A stretch of DNA of 64,000 bases from Leucoraja ocellata. Taxonomy: Eukaryota. Positions 50,639-61,000 of this stretch are shown piece by piece. Where the stretch lies: the NCBI GenBank assembly GCA_036785375.1, contig JAWMAR010000160.1, forward strand, positions 1,922,001-1,986,000. Reading direction: 5' to 3'. Position numbers and translations under genes: made by a program. The notes beneath the pieces were generated by a model, which saw nothing but the letters and a program-made list of their open reading frames with translations, was not told the DNA's origin and did no database searches. Position 1 is the stretch's first letter; each line of letters starts with the position of its first letter.

Positions 50639-52334
50639 CTGTAGAGATAATCAGAACAAAATGATTTGTAAAGCCAACTGTACAGTCTAAACTATTTCAA
50701 CAATAATTGATTTGAAGAGAAATGTTAATATTATGTAAGGCAGATTTTTGTTCTTTGCAGTTTAGTTTAGAGATACAGCATGGAAATGGCCCCCCTGAGT
50801 CAATGCCGACCAGCAATCCCCGCACACTAACACTATCCTACACACGAGTGATATTTTACAATTCTTACCAATACCAATTAACCTAGAAGCGTGCGTGCGT
50901 TTGGAGTGTGGGAGGAAACCGAAGCACCTAGAGAAAACCCATGTGGTCACCGGGAGAACGTGTACAGACAGCACCCGTAATGAGGATCGAACCCAGGTCT
51001 CTGGTGCTGTAAGACAGCAACTCTACCACTGCGCCACCGTGCTGCTTAACTATCACATCAGTTTCTGTTTACACACCGGCATCTTGCGCGTGTGAGCTCT
51101 GGCATCCCTGCCGGCCAGAAACGTTACGGGTGTGTGCGTGCACGGTAGTTTGGGAACACTGTTCAATCACGGGACTTGTGCAGGACTCGGCTAGGACACG
51201 GTTTGTTAGACTGCAGCCAGTTTACGTAGGTTAGGGTGATGTACCCTGTTTGATGTTAGTTAGTAAATCAATGTTTCATTACTTCACACAACCACTGTTG
51301 TGGTTATTGTTCTGGGCAATACATAATAGATAGGAATAATAAGGAAGGATACAAGCCTTCTAACTGGGGTTGGTGGGCTGGGGCATCTTTGTTGGCGTGG
51401 ACAAGATGGGCCAAAGGGCTTGTTTCTGTGCTGCATGACTATACGCTGGCATTGTAGTGCACGGTATTGTAGACCTGTCACACACAAGTGGGTGAAAATA
51501 TATAGTTGGACAAAATGGTCCGATTGGTGACGGGAGGAACAGTGAAGCACGTTAGAAGCCAGGAACTGTGAGTGGTGTGGGGGCACTTCTGATCTTTCAC
51601 TCACTCTTGTTGAACTGGTGTTTAGGGTGATTTGCTTTTTACAGACTTTTAGTTTGTTGTGATGAAGGTAAGTATTTTAATTAACAGACATCGTTTTCAA
51701 ACTGACCTTTCACTTTGATCTCCACTTTGTTCTCATCAGCTTCACTGCCTGCATCCCGGGAATGAGTGTTTGACGGCACAGGGCCTGTACTCGCTGGAGT
51801 GTAGAAAGATGAGGGGGGACCTAATTGAAACTTACCAAATAGTGAAAGGCCTGGACAGAGAGGATGTGGAGATGATGTTTCCACTAGTGGGAGAGTCTAG
51901 GATCAGAGGGCACAGCCTCAGAATTAAAGGATGCTCCTTTAGAAAGGAGATGGGGAGGAATTTTTTTAGTCAGATGGTGGTGAATCGGGGGAATTAATTG
52001 CCACAGAAGTCTGTGGAGACCAAGTCAATGGATATTTTTAAGGCAAAGCTTTTTGATTAGCACATGTGTCAGGGGTTATGGGGAGAAGGCAGGGAATGGG
52101 GTTAGGAGGGAGAGATAGATCAGCCATGATTGAATGGCGGAGTAGATTTGATGGGCCGAATGGCCTAATTCTGCTCCGATCACTTATGATTTTATGACCG
52201 TTGCAGGGTCCCCTCGACAGAAACAAACAAAAAGAAACTAGGAACTGGTGTTTCGGCTGATTTCTTTTGGCATCGGTTTACTTTGTTGTGATGAAGGTAA
52301 GTATTTTAATCAAGAGACATGTTTTCAAACTGAC

Positions 52335-52613
52335 CTTTCACTTTGATCTCCACTTTGTTCTCATCAGCTCCATATTTATTACTAGCTGTACATTTGTATA
52401 TTCCATTATTTTCCATCGTGGCTTCAGAAATATAGAGGACTGCGGAAGAATTGATTGCAATGTTGGTACTTTCAGGGTATTCCCATTTTAATGTTGGCTC
52501 TGGGTTCCCCAGTGTGTCACAGACTAAGGTGATGCTGTCCCCACTAGCCACATGCACTGGAGACTCTGTGGAGCTTTGGTTATTTACTGATATCATTGTG
52601 CTTCGAGGTTCAC
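52335..52613 (-). CDS. Gene B exon 4: membrane-proximal I-set Ig domain
   Basis: Acceptor tttcttttcacag|GT, donor AAAG|GTCAGT, 279 nt. ITLVC...GNPEPTLKW...NGIYKCTASN. Confidence 0.92.
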
Positions 52614-53116
52614 CTGTGAAAAGAAAGAAAATGCATTAAAGTTAAGCAAATTAAGCACGGTGACGCGGGGGTAGAGCTGCTGCCTCACAGCGCCAGAGAC
52701 CCGGGTTTGATCCCGACTATGGGTGCTATCTGTACTGAGTTTGTATGTTCTCCCCATGACCTGCGTGGGTTTTCTTCTCTGTCCTGATGCCAGTTTGTAT
52801 TTATCATCTTTACATTGTACCGATTATTAATTGCTACTGGGGTAAACATTATAGTAGCATCCAAGACTTTTGTCATACGTTCCATCACTACTCTGGTATA
52901 ATAAAGAAAATTAACCAACTAACATTCATTCAAAATGTTTAAGAAGGAACTGCAGATGTTGGAACAATCGAAGGTAGACAAAAATGCTGGAGAAGCTCAG
53001 CGGGTGAGGCAGCATCTATGGAGCGAAGGAAATAGGTGACGATTCGGGTCGAGACCTCACCCGCTAAGTTTCTCCAGCATTTTTGTCTACCTAACATTTA
53101 TTCAAAGGTAACTTAC

Positions 53117-53431
53117 GGTAGGTTTGCAAGGTCACGGAGGAGTTTGTGATTTGCAAAGTGGTGTTGGAGCCTAGGTCTACTTCCGCCACGCAGGTGTAAA
53201 CCTGTCCATCGTCCGTAGTCCTTGCAGTAAATTGTAAGACATTCCTTAATCGTTTATCCTCATGCGAGATACCATTTTCTTCTGTAGAATTGGTCTCGAT
53301 GATCTTGTTTCCTCTTTGCCATTTGAGAATTAGCTTATTGATAGGATTGACCCTGGGGCCAGTGCATTCCAGGCTATATGTTGTATTAATTTCCAACACT
53401 TCAGGAGGGGAAGTAATGTTCAACTCTCGAT
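53117..53431 (-). CDS. Gene B exon 3: Ig domain D2
   Basis: Acceptor atttcaacag|AT, donor TACC|GTAAGT, 315 nt. ECTGPRVNP...KWQRG...DGQVYTCVAEVDL...SSVTLQTY, clearly paralogous to gene A D2. Confidence 0.93.
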
Positions 53432-56422
53432 CTGTTGAAATATAATCACAATGGACGGTAATCATTGAGGCATTACGATGTGTTAAAGGACTGTTGACAG
53501 TAATCATCGAACCAGTCTGTATTTGAACATGTTTCCCTGAAGATTCAAAATATAGCCAACGTGCAAACAGTCTGTGAGTGAAACTGAAACCCATTGTCAA
53601 ATATGCCCTCTTAAATTTCTATTCCAGTTTATAGGTTTAAGGTGAGGGGAGGAAAGATTTAATAGGAAGCCAAGGGTAACCAGTGAGCAGTGCTGAACTA
53701 CGATCTACAACATTGATGATCCTCAGACTATCATTGATCAGACTTTGCTGGCTTTACCTGCATTAAATGTTATTCTCTTTTCATATATCTGTCCACTGTA
53801 AAAGGCTCGATTGTAATCATGTATTGTCTTTCCGCTGGCTGCTTTCCCTGTAGCTCGGTATAAGTGACACTGAACTAAACTGAACTGAACTAGAGGTGTA
53901 TTTTTTTCCACGCACAGTATTATACATTATTTAGTAAGACCAAAGTTAGAATGGTTGAGGTATCTATTAGATGAAATATTAACAATATTATAGAACATAG
54001 AACATTACAGGAACGGGCCCTACAGCCCACAATGTTTGTGCCGAACATGATGCCAAATTTAAACTGATCTCATCTGCCTGTACATGATCCATATCCCTCT
54101 ATTCCCTGCACTTTCTTATGCCTATCCAAAAGCCTCCTAAATGCTTTTTATCACATCTGCCTCCATCACCACCCTGGCAAGGCTTTCTGGGCCCCCAGCA
54201 CTCTCTGTGTAAAATGAAACTTGCCCCACACATCTCTATTAAACTTCCCACCTCTCACCTTATAGCTACGCCCTCTAGTGTAAGACATTTCTTCCCAGGG
54301 AGAAAGGTTCTGACTATATGCCCTCTCATAATTGTGTATACTTCTATCGTCACCCCTCAGCCTCCTACATCCGAAAGAAAACAATCCAAGTCTATCCAAC
54401 CTCTCCCTATAGCTAAAAACCTCTAATCATGGCAGCATTCTGCTAAACCTACTCCAAAGGGCAGCACGGTTGCATAGCGGTAGAGTTGCTAACTTACAGC
54501 ACTAGAGCCCCGGGTCCTGGGTTCGATCCTGACTACGGGTGCTGTCTGTACAGAGTTTGTACGTTCTTCCCGTGACTGCGTGGGTTTTCTCCGAGATCTT
54601 TGATTGCCTCCCACACTCCAAATGTGTACAGATATGCGGGTTAATTGGCTCCGTACGAATGTGAATTGTCCCTAGTGTGTGGAATAGTGTTAATGTGCGG
54701 GTGATCACTAGTCGATGTGGATGGCTTAGTATAAATGTAAATTGTCGTTAGTGTGTGTAGATAGAGACATCACTGGCTGGTGCTGACCCAGTGGGCCAAA
54801 GTGCCTGATTCTGTGCTGTATCTCGAAACTAAACTAAACTAAACAAAGCCTCTGCATCTTTCTGTAAAGGGGCGACCAGAACTGCATGCAATACTCCAAA
54901 TAAACACTCCAAGAATCTAAATATTATGGAATTATAATGATCACAATTTTATAATCAGGAAATAAATAAAAATTTAGAATGGTTGCGGTATCGTTTACAT
55001 GACAAAATATGAACTATATTATGAAATAATAATGGTCAGGATATTGTAATCAGGGAAGGAATTATGTGAGGGATGAAAGAACAGAAGGGTGAGGAGGCAG
55101 CTGATTTAACTTTCAACAATCTTTGTTTAAAAGAACTCTAACAGCAAATATGTGTCCTCTGGCACCCCATTTCCTCTGGATAAATAAACTAAACACTTTA
55201 TGTCATCTGAGCTGTAGATAAGAGAAAACGAGATCCTGTGTCAGTATTTTTAGACACAATCGACTCCATTAACATGGGGCTGCTGAAACAGGCTTATCTG
55301 AAATTGTTGTCTAACTACATTATACCACAACCAGTGTGATGAAGCAGGAGAGGTCACTGCCACATCACTTAAGAATTATTCACGGCCACTAGTTTAACAT
55401 CCTCTGTTTTTTATTGGACTGAGGAGATCGGAGCTTTTTTTGGTAGCTAAAATATGTTTGGTGGCTAATACATGTTCCCGATGTTCGGGGAGTCCAGAAC
55501 CAGGGACCACAGTTTAAGAATAAGGGGTAAGCCATTTAGAAAGGAGATGAGGAAACACTTTTTCAAACAGAGAGTGGTGAAACTGTGGAATTCTCTGCCT
55601 CAGAGGGCGGTGGAGGCAGGTTCTCTGGATACTTTCAAGATAGGGCTCTTAAAAATAGCGGAGTCAGGGGATATGGGGCGAAGGCAGGAACGGGGTACTG
55701 ATTGGTTAGTTGGCTTGGTATAAATGCAAATTGTCCCCAGTGTGTGTAGGATAATGTTAGTGTGATGGGATCGCTGGTCAGTGCGGACTTGGTGGACTGA
55801 AGGGCTTGTTTCTGAGCTGTATCTCTAAACTAAAGTCTATGCCGCCATTCAGTCTGATCTATTTTTCCCACTCAATCTCATCCTCTTGCCTTCTCTCCCT
55901 ATGAGTTTTGACGCCCTTAATAATCAGGAACCTGTCAACCTCTGCTTTAAAAATACCCAATGACTTGGCCTCCACCGCCATCAGTGGCAGTGAATTCCAC
56001 CATTGCACCTCCCCGGCTGAAAAAAATCCTCCTCATCTCCATTCTGAAGATACGTCCTTTTTTTCTGAGGCTGTGCTCTTGTGTTCTACAGCCTTCCCAT
56101 TACTGGAAACTGTGAGAGACATTGGCACATTGCTCAGCTGTGTCAATTCCACCTTTGTGTAAATGAATGAATGAATGATTAAGTTTATTGGCCAGGTATT
56201 CACATACAAGGAATTTGCCTTGGTACTCCGCCCGCAAGTGACAACATGACATACAGTGTCAGTTAGGAATAACACTAAACATTAAACCTTAATAATAAAT
56301 CATTATTGATTAAACATGTGAATTAAATATAATGTCAGAGCAAAAGGAGGCTACAGATTTTTGATTATTGAGTAAGAACTATTACTTGTGGAAAAAAGCT
56401 GAAGAGAAATTCTTGTACTTAC

Positions 56423-56671
56423 TGTAGACAGGAATTATTGTATTCTGGTCATCTTTTTCCCCAGGTGAGCATATCGCAGTGCAATGCATTTGAAGAGACC
56501 ACACCAGAATTGTTGAGTAAGAATGTGCCACCCATTGAGGTTGTTTTGTTACATTAGATCCTTTCGTTCCTTCAATGAATATCCTTGTTGCTACACAAGA
56601 TGAACTGCAGTTCACTATCAAAGGATGTCCAAATTCCACAGCTGACGGTTCTGCTTTGATCAATACTGTAT
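56423..56671 (-). CDS. Gene B exon 2: ICAM-type D1
   Basis: Acceptor gctgcag|AT, donor TACA|GTAAGT, 249 nt. AVEFGHPLIVNCSSSC...IFIEG...CTAIC. Confidence 0.9.
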
Positions 56672-57970
56672 CTGCAGCCACAATTTTGGACAAGAGAAGA
56701 AATCACGTTACAAATAGTACAGATAATAGATAATGAAAATCCAAGGGCAGCACGGTGACGCAGCGGTAGAGTTGCTGCCTCACAGCGCCAGAGACCCGGG
56801 TACGATCCTGAATATGGGTGTTGTCTGTACGGTGTTTGTACGTTCTCCCTGTGACCTGCATGGGCTTTCTCCAGGGTCTCCGCTTTCCTCCCGCACTCCA
56901 AAGACGTACAGGTTTGTCGATTCATTGGCTTGGTATAATGGTGTGGGGGGGGGCAGATGACACTTCGGGTCGGGACTTTTCTGATGAAGCATGAGGTCGT
57001 TCTTTTTCAGCTTCCTTTCTCCCCCCCCTCCTCTCATCCTTCTCCGTCAGTCTGAAATGTCCCGACCCGAAACGTTGCCCCACCATTTCCCTCCATAGAC
57101 GCAGCCTGACCCGCCGAGTTCCTCCAGCACCTTGTTGCTTTATATTAGAACAGCCACCCCGTCCCTGTAACTATTTCACCTTTCATTGTACCTTAATGTG
57201 AATCAGGACGTGGAAGCTTTTCATTGTACCTCGACAATAAACCTTTGATAATAAACTAAACTCTCAGACTGAAACATTGAAAAGAGGTGTAGTAATAGGC
57301 CCTTCGGCCCTTCGAGCTAGCACCGCCATTCAATATGAAGAATGGTCTTGACCCGAAAAGTCACCTATCGATGTTCTCCAGAAATGCTGCCTAACCCGCT
57401 GAGTTACTCCAGCATTTTGTGTGTCTATAAACGAAACTTTTCCACTCAGAGAATTGTGAATTTGTGGAATTCTCTGCCACAGAGGACAACAGAGGCCAAT
57501 TCACTGGATGAATTTAAAAGAGTTAGATGGAACTCTAGAGGCTAGCGGAAAGACGGGATATGTGGAGAAGGCAGGCACGGGTTATTGATTGTGGGTGAGC
57601 AGCCATGATCACAATGTATGGCGGTGCTGGCTCGAAGGGCCAAATGGCCTCCTCCTGCACATATTTACCACGTTTCTAAACTTCAACTGCGGTCCGGTCC
57701 CGAGAATCTCACTGTTAGAAGCGAAGATAAATCAGTGGCCAGTTCAGGGTGTGGGTTTTGCCAGAGGTGACGGGGAACTGGGGTTGGGAGGGGGAGAGGG
57801 GAGGCGGGGGTCGGCGACGCCATGGACAAGTTTTCTCCCACCAAGAACCAGCTTCAGCCAAACCCCCAGCATCTGAGCACATATGATTACAGCCCTCTCC
57901 TAAGCGCCGTGTTACCGGTAACCGCGGTCAGATCACAACCCGAACAACAGCGCAGCCTCGCCGCAGGTAC

Positions 57971-58037
57971 CTGCCACAGTAAACAACCAGGTCAAAATGT
58001 AAAGGTATCCAGCCCACGGCGTGAGTCCCGCATCCAT
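57971..58037 (-). CDS. Gene B (ICAM/VCAM-like, 3 Ig domains) exon 1: signal peptide MDAGLTPWAGYLYILTWLFTVA
   Basis: ATG 58037-58035, 67 nt, donor CAG|GTACC. Aligns with the gene A signal exon (YLxxxxxxFTxx). Lies in a CpG-richer patch. Confidence 0.82.
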
Positions 58038-61000
58038 AGCTGAATGGTTGCTTTCAAGCGCTCAATCCTCAGACTAAAGGTTTCCTCGGCAAGTTCCCTC
58101 GCGTTCCCCAGCGCTTTGAGATGAGCGCGGTACCAGGGCTGGACTTGCACTGGAAGGAAACTTCAACACCGCCCTCCTTTCCACAACTGCCTGAGATGCT
58201 GGCATCGACATTTATGTTTCCACATCAGCCTTGGCCGTCCCCCGCCTGTCTTATCACACCAAGGGTCTCGACCCGAAACGTCACTCATTCCTTCTCTCCA
58301 GAGATGCTGCCTGTCCCGCTGAGTCACTCCAGCATTTTGTGCTTATCTTAGGTGTAAATCAGCGTCAGCAGTTCCTTGCGACACAAAATGATACTTATGT
58401 CCAGTTCAACGGGACATTTTGAAGTCCCCTTGATTGCATTTTATCTCTGTATGCTTCGTTGTCAGCTTGTCCTAGGTAACAATGATCTATTCTGGACAGA
58501 CACACAATACAGCAGCATCTCTGGAGAGAAGGAATGGGTCTGATGCTTCAGACTGAAGAAGGATCTCAACATAAATGTCACCCATTCCTTCTATCCAGAG
58601 GTGATGCCTGTCCCGCTGAGTTACCAGAGACCCAGGTTCGATCCTGTCCACGGGTGCTGCCTGTACAGAGTCTGTACCCTCTCCCCGTGACCTGCGTGCG
58701 TATTCTCCGCGAGCGCCGGCTTCCTCCCACATTCAAAATATGTACAGGTTTGTAGGTTAATTGGCTTGGTAAAATTGTAAATTGTCCTGTAGTGTGTGTA
58801 GGATAGTGTGCGGGATCACTGGTCGGTGCGGACTCGGTGGGGCTTAAGGGCCTGTTTCCGCGCTGTATCTCTAAACTAAACTAAACTAAAGTAAATCAGA
58901 TAATACTACACATGAATACAATCAGGCCAAATTCAAGAACAATAGATGGAGCAAGAGAAAGGTGCAGAGTGCAGAATATGGTTGTCAGCATTGTAGCCTA
59001 ACAGTTCCAGAATAAAAGTCCAATGTCCATAAGCATGACTTCTACATGTGAAAGGCGACATTATCAGAATCAATGTGTAGGAAGGAACTGCAGATGCTGG
59101 TTTACACCGAAGATAGACTATACATGCTTACAATCGAGCCATTTACAGTGTCTAGGTACAGGATAAGGGCAATAAAATTTAGTGCAAGATAAAGTCCAGT
59201 AAAGGAAAGGATCTTGACACAAACCGTCACCTATCCATGTTCTCCAGAGGTGCTGCTTAAGGTCATAAGGAATAGGAGCAGAATTAGGCCATTCGGCCCA
59301 TCAAGTCTATTCAGTGCTGACTGTCTTGCTGGGTTACTCCAGCGTTTTGTATCTTTACTTGGTAAACCAGCATCTGCAGTTCCTTATTTCTACTTATCCA
59401 GCCTGGATTTGCTTTGCCAATCAAAGCTACCAAACAACTTTAGCCAACAGAGCTTGGCTATAAAGAGAATGTTATTTATAAGATAAGATATTGAAGATGA
59501 TTATGTGGAAATTCATTTCTTGTGGGACGAGGTGTTATTGTCAAAACAAATCAATATTTCTTCCTGTGCATCTGTGCTTTATGTCAGGAAAAAGGAAAAT
59601 TACTCATCTTTTATTTGTATCCATTGAGAATATTGTGTTATGAAAGCCCCATTGATGCTAAATTTCTTTCCTGTTGTAATGACTTTGATTGCCAAGAATC
59701 AGAGGAGTTTTATAGTGTTATGCACAGCGAATTCCTAACACAAAGCTCCCACATGGAGCATACACATTAGTTCCTTTCACATAAGATAGACACAAAAAGC
59801 TGGAGTAACTCAACGGGACAGGCAGGCAGCATTTCTGGAGAGAAAGAATGGGTTGAGACGCTCGACCCGAAATGTCACCCATTCCTTCTCTCCAGCGATG
59901 CTGCCTGTCGCACTGAGTTACTCAGTCTGAAGAAGGGTTTCGGCCCGAAAAGTTGCCTATTCCTTCACTCCATAGATGCTGCCGCACCCGCTGAGTTTCT
60001 CCAGCACTTTTGTCTACCTTCGATTTTTCAGCATCTGCAGTTCCTTCTTAAACACTGAGTTACGCCATCATTTTGTGTCTATCTTCGGTGTCAACCAGCA
60101 TCTGCAGTTCCTTCCTGCACAGTTCCTTTCACATGCCCAGCACAGTCATTTAATTAATTTTTATGACTAGTTACAGTTATTTTGTAAGCAGAGACTGATG
60201 GTAGATCCTGTGTTTGTTCGTTAATAGGACGAAAAGCCAACGACTGTGGACATTCCTAATTTATAGGAACAATTTACTGAGATCTTGGCTATTCTTATAG
60301 TTAGTGCCACTCTCCTGCCTGACCCCATAACTTTGCTGTGAAGACCAAGTTCAGGCCAAGGTTTCCAATTTCCTGAGCTGTAATTGTCATCAAAACTGGT
60401 TTCCATTTCCCAAAGATAGACATAAAAAGCTGGAGAATAGTTCTCATTCCGCTAACATGCAGAATATGGTGGTAGCTCAACAGTTCCAGAATAAAAGTCT
60501 AATGTCAGCATGTGAAAGACAACATTAACAGAATTAAAGGTAGACAAAAATGCTTGATTTATCTATCTTCGATTTTCCAGCATCTGCAGTTCCCTCTTTA
60601 ACAGAATTAAAGGTAGACACAAAATGCTGGAGTAACTCAGGCAGCATCTCTGGAGAGAAGGAATGGGTGACATTTCGGGTCGTGACCCTTCTTCAGTTTA
60701 AACCAGCATCTGCAGTTCTTTCCTACACATTAACAGAATTAAAATGTGTAGGAATGAACTGCAGATGCTGGTTTACACCGAAGGTAGACACAAAATGCTA
60801 GAGTAACTCAACGGGACAGGCAGCATCTCTGAAGAGGAGGGATGGGTGACGTTTCGGGTCGAGACCCTTCTTCACACTGAGAGTGAGACCCTATCAGTCT
60901 GAAGAAGGGTCTCGACCCAAAACTTTACCCATTCCTTCTCTCCAGAGATGCAGCCAGATCCGCTGAGTTACTCCAGCATTTTGTGCTTATCTTCAGTCAA

